Shown: positions 50,873-61,700 of the stretch, piece after piece
How positions within the stretch are numbered: the first letter of the stretch is position 1
Layout: each line of letters starts with the position of its first letter
Program-made: the position numbers and the translations under genes
NCBI GenBank assembly: GCA_964352985.1
Contig: CAYGUK010000006.1
Span: 1-62,225 of the forward strand
DNA: 62,225 bases
Direction: 5' to 3'
Origin: an uncultured Legionellales bacterium
Lineage (GTDB): Bacteria; Pseudomonadota; Gammaproteobacteria; JAHCLG01
The notes under the pieces: model-generated
The model's input: the letters and a program-made list of their open reading frames with translations, nothing else
Told to the model about the DNA's origin: nothing
Databases searched by the model: none

Positions 50873-52270
50873 TTATTTTTTCTTAACAAACTTCATCAAA
50901 CGCTTTTTACGCCGAATCTGTCTCTCTGTTAATTGATTTTTTCGTCCTTTAAAAGGATTATCACTTGATTTAAATTCAAGGAGTAACGGCGTCCCGATTA
51001 ATTTCAATTTTTTCCGGTAAAAATTCGCCAAAAATCGGCGATAACTTTCCGGTGTTTTTTCAGCTTGAGCGCCGTGGAAAACAATAATTGGTGGATTAGC
51101 ACCACCGCTATGAGCAAATTTTAATTTAATTCTACGACCTCGAATTAAGGGCAATTGATGTTCCGATTGCGCTTGTTCTAACAATTTAGTTAGTACTGAG
51201 GTATTCAATTCACGCGTAGCTGAATCATAAGCTCTTTTGATGGCGGGATATAAATCACCCACCCCAGAACCATGAAGAGCGGAAATCATAAAAATTTCAA
51301 CATAAGATATAAAAGCGAGTTTACGTGCAAGCGTATCTTTGATAACGAATTTTTGATCATTCGTCATATCATCCCATTTATTAACCGCAATCACTAATGA
51401 TTTGCCTGCTTTTAAAACATGACCGATAATATGTAAATCCTGTTCTGCAATTTCTTCATGCGCATTTAACACAATACAAGCTACATGGCATTCATTGATA
51501 GCTTGTAATGTTTTAATCGCAGAAAACTTTTCTAAGGCTTCATTAACTCGAGCGCGTCGTCTAATCCCTGCCGTATCAATTAAAATATAATCTTCATTAC
51601 GATGGGTAAAAGGGATCATGATAGAATCCATGGTTGTTCCAGGTTTATCATAAACAACAACACGTTCTTCACCCAACATGCGATTGATCAGTGTGGATTT
51701 TCCAACATTGGGGCGCCCTACAAGTGCTAATTTTATCGCGTTATCTTTTTTAGTCTCTTCTTCTTCACCGTTAGATTCTGCTTTGAAGTTGGCAAATACC
51801 GTTTCAATTAAACCATTCAATCCCCGGCCATCTCCTGCGGCAATACCAATAATTGGCGCAAATCCAAACTGATGAAAATCAGCCAATGCAATATCAGGAT
51901 CTTGCCCATCAATTTTATTGACGACGAGAAATGTTGGTTTTTTTATTTTTCTTAGTTCTTGGCAAATCACATTATCTGCAGCAGTACTTCCCGCTTTGCC
52001 ATCGACGACAAATAAAATGATATCAGCTTCATCTAAAGCAATTTTAGCTTGCTTGGCACGAAGACTTTCGATTTCATCTTCATCTAATCCCATCCCGCCT
52101 GTGTCAACGACTATAAATTGGTGATCTTTAAAATCAGCTCGCCCGTATTGCCGATCTCGCGTTACACCCGGCTGATCGGCCACAAGCGCATCGCGACTTT
52201 TTGTTAATCGATTAAATAGTGTTGATTTACCAACATTAGGCGCGCCAACGATAACAACGACTGGTAACAT
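50873..52270 (-). CDS. der: Ribosome biogenesis GTPase Der (EngA)
   Basis: Two G-domains GAPNVGKST and GRPNVGKST, DTGG/DTAG, NKID/NKWD, C-terminal KH-like domain. Confidence 0.97.
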   Translation of the reverse strand: MLPVVVIVGAPNVGKSTLFNRLTKSRDALVADQPGVTRDRQYGRADFKDHQFIVVDTGGMGLDEDEIESLRAKQAKIALDEADIILFVVDGKAGSTAADNVICQELRKIKKPTFLVVNKIDGQDPDIALADFHQFGFAPIIGIAAGDGRGLNGLIETVFANFKAESNGEEEETKKDNAIKLALVGRPNVGKSTLINRMLGEERVVVYDKPGTTMDSIMIPFTHRNEDYILIDTAGIRRRARVNEALEKFSAIKTLQAINECHVACIVLNAHEEIAEQDLHIIGHVLKAGKSLVIAVNKWDDMTNDQKFVIKDTLARKLAFISYVEIFMISALHGSGVGDLYPAIKRAYDSATRELNTSVLTKLLEQAQSEHQLPLIRGRRIKLKFAHSGGANPPIIVFHGAQAEKTPESYRRFLANFYRKKLKLIGTPLLLEFKSSDNPFKGRKNQLTERQIRRKKRLMKFVKKK

Positions 52271-52372
52271 ACTTAACCTATTTACAAAGAGCTATGATGC
52301 TTAAACTATTTATTTTAATTTTATTAAAATAAATAGTTAAGATGGATTGATCACTTTTACTAAAAACTAAAT

Positions 52373-53026
52373 TCATGTATTTTTTCCAACCTTAATACTA
52401 CCACCAACATGAACTAATTTCATTTTCAAGATGGGTCGATTAATTTCACCTTTTGGTAATTCTTGTAATGCTAAGCTATAAGCTTCACGTGCTTTTTGAT
52501 CTTTACCCATTGTTTGAAAAATATCACCTTTTATTTCATTGACTGCTGGATAAAAAGATTTATCTTCAATTTTAGACAACACAGCCAAAGCAAGTTCTGG
52601 TTTTTTTTCTTCGACAAGTACTCTAGCATCACGAATTCTAGCTAATTCTTTTAAGATGGTTGATTTACCATGATTAAATGCCCATTGATAATTTATATCT
52701 GCATCAAGATATTTTTTTTGTTCAATTTCTTGTTTTGCTAATATTAAAGCTGCTGCTTGCGAATAAGCTGTCGATGAATATTTATTCATTAAATCTTCAG
52801 TTAAACTTTGCACAGCTGCATTATCTTTACTATTAAAATTTACTAACACTTGTTCATATAAGATAGAGGCTTGTCCCACAATTTTTAAACGATGTGATTG
52901 CCAAAAGCGCCAACCAAATACAATTATGCTCGCAATAACAACACCAGCGATAAGCGGTGCCCCGTATTGTTTCCATAACCGCTTTAATTGATCAATTTGT
53001 TCTTTTTCAGAAATATAAGTATTCAT
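52373..53026 (-). CDS. yfgM: YfgM-family TPR membrane protein
   Basis: SEKEQIDQLKRLWKQYG, TM helix, LARIR.AR, E.KGDI; follows hisS. Confidence 0.9.
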   Translation of the reverse strand: MNTYISEKEQIDQLKRLWKQYGAPLIAGVVIASIIVFGWRFWQSHRLKIVGQASILYEQVLVNFNSKDNAAVQSLTEDLMNKYSSTAYSQAAALILAKQEIEQKKYLDADINYQWAFNHGKSTILKELARIRDARVLVEEKKPELALAVLSKIEDKSFYPAVNEIKGDIFQTMGKDQKAREAYSLALQELPKGEINRPILKMKLVHVGGSIKVGKNT

Positions 53027-54315
53027 CGTTTTTCCTCATTAACAATGCTTGTGAGTTGTTCTATTAAATTCTCAATCGTGATTAATTGTTGGGATGTATC
53101 TTCTCTTAGAGGTTTAATTGAAATTTTATCTTGTCCAATTTCAGTATCCCCTAAAATCAATGCGATTGTTGCACCAGATTTATCTGCTTTTTTGAATTGG
53201 CTTTTGTAACTGCCTCCACCACAATTTGTCACTAAATTTAAACCAGGAACTGCTTGGCGTAATGTTTCAGCTATTTTAATTCCCGCTTGTGTTGCTTTAT
53301 CACTATTTAACACTAAATAGGCGTGAACAGTTTGCTGATAAGACTGACCTAAACTTTCTAGAATTAAGATAAGTCTTTCAATACCGCCTGCAAATCCAAT
53401 AGCAGGTGTCGGTTTGCCACCATGTGTTTCAACAAGTTGATCATAGCGACCTCCGGCACAAACTGTCGATTGCGCACCTAAATGATCACACACCCATTCG
53501 AATACCGTACTACCGTAATAATCTAAGCCACGCACTAATCGAGGATTAATCGTAAATTTAACGCCATTATCCGATAATAAAGATTGTAGTTGTTGAAAAT
53601 GTGAAAGTGATTCTGAACCCAAATAATCAAGAAATGAAGGTGCTTTTTGAATTAATTCTTGCATCGCTTGGTTTTTACTATCCAAAATGCGTAATGGATT
53701 ATTTTCTAATCGCCGATGACTATCTTCATCAAGTAACGAAATATTATCTTTAAAATACTCGACTAATTTTTCTCGATACTGATTTCGTTCCGCTAAAGTG
53801 CCGAGAGAATTTAATTGTAAGTGGACATGCTCTTCTAGATTTAATTCACGCCATAAACGTCTCGATAATAAAATAATTTCAGCATCAATATCCGCACCGC
53901 TAAAGCCATAAGCTTCAATACCAAATTGATGAAATTGGCGATAACGTCCTTTTTGCGGACGCTCATGTCGAAACATTGGGCCCACATACCATAAGCGTTG
54001 TATTTGATTATAGAATAAGCCATGTTGAATACCGGCACGCACACAACTTGCCGTGCCTTCCGGTCTTAAACTTAATTTTTCACCATTTTTATCTGAAAAA
54101 GTATACATTTCTTTTTCGACAATATCTGTTAGTTCTCCAATAGCATGGGTGAAAAGTGTCGTCGACTCAACAATCGGTGTTCTGATTTCTTGATAACCAT
54201 AACTTTCAGCTAATCGTTGAAATACCGATTCAATTTTATGCCAAAAAGGGCTATCACTCGGCAGGATATCATTCATGCCTCTAACCGCTTGAATTTTAGT
54301 CAATCGCTTTCTCAC
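53023..54315 (-). CDS. hisS: Histidine--tRNA ligase
   Basis: RGMND, LRPEGTA, FRHERPQKGRYRQFHQ, LVRGLDYY, AGGRYD. Confidence 0.98.
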   Translation of the reverse strand: MRKRLTKIQAVRGMNDILPSDSPFWHKIESVFQRLAESYGYQEIRTPIVESTTLFTHAIGELTDIVEKEMYTFSDKNGEKLSLRPEGTASCVRAGIQHGLFYNQIQRLWYVGPMFRHERPQKGRYRQFHQFGIEAYGFSGADIDAEIILLSRRLWRELNLEEHVHLQLNSLGTLAERNQYREKLVEYFKDNISLLDEDSHRRLENNPLRILDSKNQAMQELIQKAPSFLDYLGSESLSHFQQLQSLLSDNGVKFTINPRLVRGLDYYGSTVFEWVCDHLGAQSTVCAGGRYDQLVETHGGKPTPAIGFAGGIERLILILESLGQSYQQTVHAYLVLNSDKATQAGIKIAETLRQAVPGLNLVTNCGGGSYKSQFKKADKSGATIALILGDTEIGQDKISIKPLREDTSQQLITIENLIEQLTSIVNEEKR

Positions 54316-54492
54316 TTTTTAAAATAAACAGGGATTGTATTAGGCTCTATCTCAGAGCGCAAGGTTGCTATGTGCTACTCAGAAATCCCTAATTTCATGC
54401 TCACAAACAATCAGACGGGATATTCCTGAGTTTGAATGCCACGAAAGTAACCTTGAAAATAGTCTCCGTCAAAACAAACCAAGGAGTATCAG

Positions 54493-55140
54493 TTAAAAAA
54501 TATGTTCTGCTGAATGTTTCACAACTTTACTGTGTATTTTTGCAATATTTTGTAAGGGTGGATGTTCACTCTCATTGACCACAGCTGTTTGCATTTCTGA
54601 CGAGTTTTTCACTTTTGGTAATTCTAAAGATTGAGACATGTTATCTGTTTTTTGACCTAACTGTGGTGAAATACTAGTTGGTTTAGTCACAACATTTTGG
54701 CTAATAGAATGACTTTGCCACCATACCACTACTAATCCACACAAACAGATAATAATAAATATAGTCGCATAACGAAACCAACGCTCACTTGCAGATTTAC
54801 GTTCGCGATACATTTGTGGTTTGATATTAATATTCGGCGTATGTGGTGCAATATTCAAGGCATGAAAATCTGCCATGATCTCAGTCACCGGTAAATGTAA
54901 GAATTTAGTATAAGTATTTAAATATCCTCGCATAAAAGTAATACCAGGATGTGCGGTAAAGTTATTTTTTTCTATCGCTTCGATAACCCGCTTAGGTAAA
55001 TGTAATTTTTCTGCAACTTCGACTAAACTTAAATTTTGTTTTTGTCGTTCGGTTTGTAAACGTTCACCAATAGATATTTTGGCCTCCAAAAGAGTATCAG
55101 CGGATTCATTCACATTTAATATATCTACATCTTCACTCAT
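54493..55140 (-). CDS. rodZ: RodZ-like HTH membrane protein (short periplasmic part)
   Basis: GERL..ER...LSL.EVA..L.L....IE, FMRGYL..Y.KFL, single TM helix; operon position. Confidence 0.85.
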   Translation of the reverse strand: MSEDVDILNVNESADTLLEAKISIGERLQTERQKQNLSLVEVAEKLHLPKRVIEAIEKNNFTAHPGITFMRGYLNTYTKFLHLPVTEIMADFHALNIAPHTPNINIKPQMYRERKSASERWFRYATIFIIICLCGLVVVWWQSHSISQNVVTKPTSISPQLGQKTDNMSQSLELPKVKNSSEMQTAVVNESEHPPLQNIAKIHSKVVKHSAEHIF

Positions 55141-55904
55141 AATATCTGTGACGCCTTTGCTAGTTTTGCTTCAGCTGATTGCGGAAATTTATTTTCTAAT
55201 AAAAGTGCGTTACTGCCTGCTTGATCTAAATTACCTAATTTTTGATCGACTCTAACACGTAACCAAAGTGATTCAGGTCCAGGAGGCGCTAAACGCGCAT
55301 AAGATTGTAAGTAATCGTTTGCTTGTTGATATTGTTGGTTATCATAGGCAATTTGTCCTAACTCTAAATACGCAAGAACTTGATTAGGATTTTGATCCAC
55401 CGATTTTTGGAAAAATTGCTTAGCTAATGCGCGGTTTGGAATTTGCATAGCACAATACCCTGCATTTTGATAAGCCATATCCGGTGTTAAATAATCAGGA
55501 TCTTTTACAGCGACCATAAAGTGTTGGATGGCATCATTATAACGGCCTTGTCGACATAAAAATGCGGCATAGTTATTTTGCGAGTTACCATTCCTTTCGT
55601 TGAAACTTAATGCTTTTCGATAATAATAATCGGCTTGTTCTGGCTGATCGGTTTTTTCAAGGAAATACCCCATAGCATCATAGGTTTCTTGCATTTTAGG
55701 GCCTTGTTTTAATGCAAGTAACAATTTACGGCGAGCTCGCAAGCGATTACCTTCTTTTAAATATGCCATGCCAAGTTGTACATTATAAGAAGCTGCTTTT
55801 GGATTGACTTTCGCAGCGGGATCAGGAATGGTTGTTGCGGTATTACAACCACCGAGTAGGAATGCAAAACCAACTACAAGCCCAGTATTAATTAATTTTC
55901 TCAC
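55137..55904 (-). CDS. pilW: Type IV pilus biogenesis/stability lipoprotein PilW/PilF (TPR)
   Basis: Lipobox LGGC, NVQLGMAYL, NNYAAFLC, AYQNAGYC; follows rlmN. Confidence 0.92.
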   Translation of the reverse strand: MRKLINTGLVVGFAFLLGGCNTATTIPDPAAKVNPKAASYNVQLGMAYLKEGNRLRARRKLLLALKQGPKMQETYDAMGYFLEKTDQPEQADYYYRKALSFNERNGNSQNNYAAFLCRQGRYNDAIQHFMVAVKDPDYLTPDMAYQNAGYCAMQIPNRALAKQFFQKSVDQNPNQVLAYLELGQIAYDNQQYQQANDYLQSYARLAPPGPESLWLRVRVDQKLGNLDQAGSNALLLENKFPQSAEAKLAKASQIL

Positions 55905-57040
55905 TATGTCTCTCCCTGTTGCCCTACTTCACTCTTAACATTGATTTTCATCATCAATGGATGTTGATATTGTTTTGGCAAATGGCGGATTTTTGTGGTG
56001 ATATTACCAACCAATTGTCCGCAAGCCGCATCAATATCATCGCCCCTTGTTTTGCGCGTGATGGTATTATACCCTGCCTTTTGCAAAAGTTGACGAAATT
56101 TTTCAATCGCCTTTTCACTTGAACATCGATAAATTGTATTCGGAAAAGGATTAAATGGGATAAGATTAACCTTTGCAGGGCATGTTTGTAAAATATTTAT
56201 TAATTGTTTCGCATGCTTAGGATCATCATTAACACCATCTAACATCACATATTCAAACGTGACTAAGCGTTTGGGTTCATTTTTAAAAAATTCGCGACAA
56301 GCAGGTATTAATTCTTCGAGTGGATATTTGCGATTAATCGGCACTATTTTATTACGTAATTCATTATTTGGTGCGTGAAGAGAAACTGCTAACGAAACAG
56401 GTAAGTCTCGAGCTAACTGCGACATTTGTGGGACCACACCTGAGGTGCTAAGTGTGACACGGTATTTAGATAGATTATATGCATTATCATCTAACATCAG
56501 TGCCATTGCTTCTTTTACATTATCATAATTAAGCAGCGGCTCGCCCATGCCCATCATCACCACATTCGAAATAACGCGGTCACGATTAGAATTTTTTGCA
56601 GAAAGTTGCGATACCGCCAACCAAACTTGTCCAATAATTTCAGCGATTGATAAGTTACGACTAAAACCCTGACGTGCTGTCGAACAAAATTGACAATTCA
56701 AAGCACAACCAACCTGGGATGAAACACAAAGTGTCGCTCTATCACCATCAGGAATATAAACTGTTTCGATAGACTGACCATCGAACAATCTCACCAACCA
56801 TTTTATCGTGCCATCTGTAGATTCTTGAGCGTAGGCAATTTCAGGTAATTTAATTTCTGCCTTTTCATTAAGAGCAGTGCGAAGCGATTTCTTGAAATTT
56901 GTCATTTCTGCAAAATCGCTTACACCTAATTGATGAAGCCATTTAATAAATTGCGTTGCGCGATAGGCGGGTTCGCCCAAATCGACAAAAAATTGCTGCA
57001 ACGCTTGTTGGCTTAAATCAGCAAGATTAACCTTAGACAT
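55904..57040 (-). CDS. rlmN: Dual-specificity 23S rRNA/tRNA methyltransferase RlmN
   Basis: CVSSQVGCALNCQFC, MGMGEP, SLHAP, DIDAACGQL. Confidence 0.97.
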   Translation of the reverse strand: MSKVNLADLSQQALQQFFVDLGEPAYRATQFIKWLHQLGVSDFAEMTNFKKSLRTALNEKAEIKLPEIAYAQESTDGTIKWLVRLFDGQSIETVYIPDGDRATLCVSSQVGCALNCQFCSTARQGFSRNLSIAEIIGQVWLAVSQLSAKNSNRDRVISNVVMMGMGEPLLNYDNVKEAMALMLDDNAYNLSKYRVTLSTSGVVPQMSQLARDLPVSLAVSLHAPNNELRNKIVPINRKYPLEELIPACREFFKNEPKRLVTFEYVMLDGVNDDPKHAKQLINILQTCPAKVNLIPFNPFPNTIYRCSSEKAIEKFRQLLQKAGYNTITRKTRGDDIDAACGQLVGNITTKIRHLPKQYQHPLMMKINVKSEVGQQGET

Positions 57041-57041
57041 G

Positions 57042-57473
57042 TTATCTTGTACGTTCACAAATATCTTTAGCGTTAAAGAAGAATGCGATTTCTTGTTTAG
57101 CAGTTTCTAAAGCATCTGAACCATGAACCACATTTTCATCAATTGATTTAGCAAAATCAGCACGTATTGTCCCTGGATTTGCTTCTTTAGGATTGGTTGC
57201 ACCCATCACTTCACGATTAATAGCAACGGCATTTTCACCCGCTAAAACTTGGACCATCACCGGACCTGAAATCATAAAACTTACTAAGTCTTTGAAAAAA
57301 GGTCTTTCTTTGTGAATCGCATAAAATTCTTCTGCTTGTGCTTGACTCAAATGAACCATTTTAGCAGCGACAATCTTTAAACCGGCTTTTTCAAATCGTG
57401 AGTAAACTTCACCGATAACATTTTTAGCCACGCCATCTGGTTTAATGATGGATAAAGTGTGTTCTACAGTCAT
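57042..57473 (-). CDS. ndk: Nucleoside diphosphate kinase
   Basis: [31 protein letters not shown]. Confidence 0.98.
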   Translation of the reverse strand: MTVEHTLSIIKPDGVAKNVIGEVYSRFEKAGLKIVAAKMVHLSQAQAEEFYAIHKERPFFKDLVSFMISGPVMVQVLAGENAVAINREVMGATNPKEANPGTIRADFAKSIDENVVHGSDALETAKQEIAFFFNAKDICERTR

Positions 57474-57547
57474 TTATTTTATCTCCAAGACTTTGAGTAA
57501 TAATGGGCCGGTATTATAACATAGTCTGGACATAATGCTTTGTATTT

Positions 57548-58474
57548 TTAATAAGTCTCTGTTTTATTAGTTTGTAATGCAGGCTGAAAACGCGCAACTA
57601 GAAAATCAATAAATAATCGAATTTTTTTTGCTAAATAAGTCGTATTCGGATACAAGATGTGAATATCGATATCATAAGGACAGTATTCCTCTAAAACACT
57701 GACTAACAACCCTTGTTTAATAAAATGCGAAGTCATATAACCTGGGATCATGATAAGACCAATCCCTGAGACCGCCGCATTTTCTAATGCGAGAGAACTA
57801 CTTGCCGAAAAATTCCCACTAACAGGCACCGTGATCTTTTCACCCTGTGGTGAAGTAAACTTCCATTGCTCGCCCATTAATGATGTCGCATGTAATAAAC
57901 AATTATGATCTAATAAATCCTGTGGTACTTTTGGAATCGAATTATTTTTAAAATATTCAGGTGAGCCACACACTAACATCCGATATCGAGATAATTTACG
58001 GGCTTTATAAGACGAATCTTCTAATTTACCTATCTTTATCGTTAAATCGAATTCATTAATTTCACGATTCATGTGTTTAGCCCCGAGGAATAATTTAATT
58101 TTTACTTCAGGATAAATCTTTAAAAAAGCACTGACTGCATTATTTAAATGTAATTGTGCAAAGCTAGAGGGACACGCTAAGGTAATCGTGCCACTAATAA
58201 CATCAGAGTTTTTATCGACATTTTCTAGTAATTGTTCCAGATGTTCATAGAGTTTATCACAATGCGATAAGATAACTTGTCCTTCATCTGTTAAAGTTAA
58301 TCCCTTAGTTGAACGATGAACAATTTGCATTTGTAGCGAGTTTTCTAGACGAGTTAAACGCTTACTTACAATTGATTTATTAACATTAAAATAATTGGCG
58401 GCTTCAGTAATACTTCCTTTTTGCATAATAATATAAAAAGTCATGAGATCGGTGACAAATTTAGGATCGGACAT
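57548..58474 (-). CDS. LysR-family transcriptional regulator (CrgA-like)
   Basis: GSITEAA..NKSIVSKRLTRLE..L..R.T..LT.EG HTH; P..PQDLLDHNCL, GIGL..P. Confidence 0.93.
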   Translation of the reverse strand: MSDPKFVTDLMTFYIIMQKGSITEAANYFNVNKSIVSKRLTRLENSLQMQIVHRSTKGLTLTDEGQVILSHCDKLYEHLEQLLENVDKNSDVISGTITLACPSSFAQLHLNNAVSAFLKIYPEVKIKLFLGAKHMNREINEFDLTIKIGKLEDSSYKARKLSRYRMLVCGSPEYFKNNSIPKVPQDLLDHNCLLHATSLMGEQWKFTSPQGEKITVPVSGNFSASSSLALENAAVSGIGLIMIPGYMTSHFIKQGLLVSVLEEYCPYDIDIHILYPNTTYLAKKIRLFIDFLVARFQPALQTNKTETY

Positions 58475-58479
58475 GTTTG

Positions 58480-58496
58480 GTTTCATTTTTTGCAAC
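58480..58496. promoter_or_regulatory. Putative LysR recognition site
   Basis: GTTTCA-N5-TGCAAC imperfect dyad containing T-N11-A, immediately upstream of the LysR start. Confidence 0.55.
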
Positions 58497-58588
58497 TTCC
58501 TGTTTTGCTTTTTTTATCTACACATTCTAGCTTCTTTTGCTTAACATTTATACCGTAAAATACAAATTAATTTAAGGAGGGTTGTTAA

Positions 58589-58681
58589 ATGTTTTTTAAA
58601 CTTGTAAAAAGCTTTTATTTTAAACCTCGCCATATTTTTCCTAAACCTAGTAAAAAAAGCGATCCCCTAATTTTTCGTTAG
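58589..58681 (+). CDS. 30-aa small ORF or gene remnant divergent from LysR
   Basis: Perfect SD aaggagg 8 nt before ATG; MFFKLVKSFYFKPRHIFPKPSKKSDPLIFR*. Confidence 0.4.
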   Translation: MFFKLVKSFYFKPRHIFPKPSKKSDPLIFR

Positions 58682-58740
58682 TAATTTTATTCATAAAAAC
58701 ATTTAAAAACCTGTAAAATTTAATTTAATGGAGGTAGGGT

Positions 58741-61700
58741 ATGTCCTCAGAACTTCTTACTGCAATAAAAAATAATAATATCGAAAATGCTATGCTCGCT
58801 TTACAACGCATTGCTGGTCGAAGACAGGGATTTAATTATGCTCGATACTTTGCGCAATATTTTCATAATGGTTACCCACTGATTAACTTTGTAAAAAGTC
58901 CAGAAATGTTAACATTACTCGTTACCCATGGAGCAAAGGCAAATGTTAGAGATAATGATGGTAAGTATTTATTTGATTATCTCTTTAAAGGTGCCAATCT
59001 GGATTTATTAAAAAAGTTATTACTACTAGAAAATATAGGGATGAAAGATGAATTAGGGTCTTATGTTTTAACCTTAGTAAAAGAAGAAAAATTTGATCAA
59101 CTTGAAATTATTCTTGCTTATGCCGCGAGAAAAAATATAAACAATCTATTTACTTGGTATAGCACAAGCACAAATTATTTCTCGATTCATTATTTAGTGG
59201 CAAGTGGAAACGTAGAAATGTTGCGTTATTTAGTTTTAAATGGCGCAGACGCAAACAAAAAAATAAATAAAAGTGAACAAACCTGTTTAGATTTAGCCAT
59301 TGAGAAAAATCGAGTTGAGGTAGTCCGATATTTATGCACCATAGATAACATTACCACATCAACACTATTAAAACTTCACATTTACCACGCAATAAAAGCT
59401 CAAAACGGACAAATGGCTAAAATATTAATAGAGTACGCGAAAAAACAAGGAATCGATTATAACTTAGATTATTACTATACCACTAAAAATAATATAAATA
59501 ACTTTGCAATTCATCACACTATTTTAAACGCAGATTATTTCTCTTTAGATTTATTAATAAAAAATAATGCGAATATAAATTTAAGAAATTCAGCAAATAA
59601 AACACCGATCGAATTAGCTTTTGATAAAGCCCATTATTATCTGGCAATAAGATTATTAGAATGTGATGATTTAGAAATAACCCCATTATTACTTCAGGAT
59701 ATAATCGTAGTTGCAGCTAATAATAATAATTTAGAACTATGCCAAGCTGCACTTGCTTTTGCTAGTCGGAAAAACATCCAACTGAATTTAAACTACTATT
59801 ATTACTCAAAAGAAAACAGACTCCCAATTCACAGATTTAGTATTCATTTGGCAAGTGCTCACCAAAATTTTGATATGTGTCGATTACTTGCTGAACGCAA
59901 AGCTAATCCTTATCATACAAGGGAAACAAATCTTAATGCGTTTAATTTGATGAAGTTTGAAATTGATCAAATCATAACTATATCTATAACTTACGATCCA
60001 GATGTTACTGAAGCAACTCTCATTGAGAATATTATACGTAGTCTAAGAGGTCCTTCAGATAAACTAAAAGATTATGCTAATTTCAGAGATGAAAATTTTA
60101 GAGAGAAAAGTATTAATTCACCCGATTTATTGTTATTTTTGCTCAACCATGGTGCCAATATAAAAGGAGCCATATTAAATTTAAATCTAGATGAAGTAGA
60201 TTTTACTCTTTGTGAATTAAATCAAAATCAAATCCAATATTGTTTCTCATTAGGCGTACCGCTAACTAGACTTGGACCTCAAGTTGAAATATTAAAAGAT
60301 CAACAAATAACACTTTATAATATGGTTCAAGTAAAAAATGCGATTGATTTAGGCTTTAATCTCAACAATATAAGAATGCGGAATATTGTCATTTCGACAT
60401 TTGAAGAGCTCGAATCTATTTTAGCTCATCGTGATAATTTACAAGGATTTAAACTTAGCCATGATTTTGATATCTCCACCTTAAAAATTACAGAAAATGA
60501 TTTACTAGCGAAATTACCAACTGATATTTTTTCTTTACAACAATATATTGAATTGATCTCCAACTATTTACCCAATGATATTCGTCCCCCTAAAATCATC
60601 TACGATAATAATATTCCCATAGAGAATTTAACGCTCGATGATTTAAAACAATTTAAAGCTTGGCTACAGCGATATATGTTTAAAATAGCGATGATTAAAC
60701 AAAAAGCAGATCCAACCCCGGATTGCTTGAAATTTAATGTGAAAAATGAAGAACTAAATGCAGATCATCTTAAAAATTTTAAAGATTGGTTAATTTTACA
60801 TAGACAAAAACTCGATTTTTTAAAACCAAACTATTTACAAGATCTTAATTTCACTAACCAAGATTGCAATATCTCGGAATTAACTAATGAAGATTTGTTA
60901 CATTTTAGAAATTGGCTACAAACCACTGCTGAAAAAATAGCACCACTTGGCGATATTCATCCAATAACGATACGTGTCAACCAAGATTTGAGTAAAATAT
61001 CACAAGTTTTCAATGGAGGAATTAATCTCAAACTGATACAAGACTTATTAGACTTATATTTCAAACATTCGCACTCAAAATATTTTTCCTTTGCCCACAC
61101 AGATGGTGTTAAAAAATTAAGACAATTTGTAGCAGAGTTAACTACACAAAAAGTCGATCCCAATGAAACATTATCAAGTGAAAATTTAAATAAACTATAT
61201 AGTATTATCTGTCAACGAGGACAACGCTTAGTGAAACATCCCGACCGTGATTATTTTCATCAACCTTACAAATATACCAACCAACTCTATTTCGTCTTGA
61301 TTTGGCTAATGGGCCGGAATGATGGCTATAAATTTTCAGAAATGATACCAAGTTATGATGAATCAGTTTGGCAACAAATTGCTTTGTCTGGAATTGATTT
61401 CTATTCTGTGCCATTTGCTAAAATGTATCGTGCAAGCTTCCAAAAAAGGGATCATCATCCTATGCTTTATAATGTTGAAGATATCATTCGAAATTTAGTT
61501 GAAACAGGTAAATTGATTCGTGTATATGATCCTGCTGGTGCTAATCATCAAGAGTTTACGGCAAAAGAAACCAAAGAATTATTCGCAACCTGCCCTACTC
61601 TAATCACTACTATGCAAGAAAAACATGAGGAAGAATTAAAACAAAAAGCCAGTCGAGGTGATATTGTTTCTGATAAAACTTTAAATGAACTTTATCGTTT

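Noticed and set aside
54360-54455. Hairpin considered as SRP (4.5S) RNA or 6S RNA
   Set aside because: Lacks the SRP domain IV core (CAGG..GGAA..AGCA); too short and in the wrong context for 6S.
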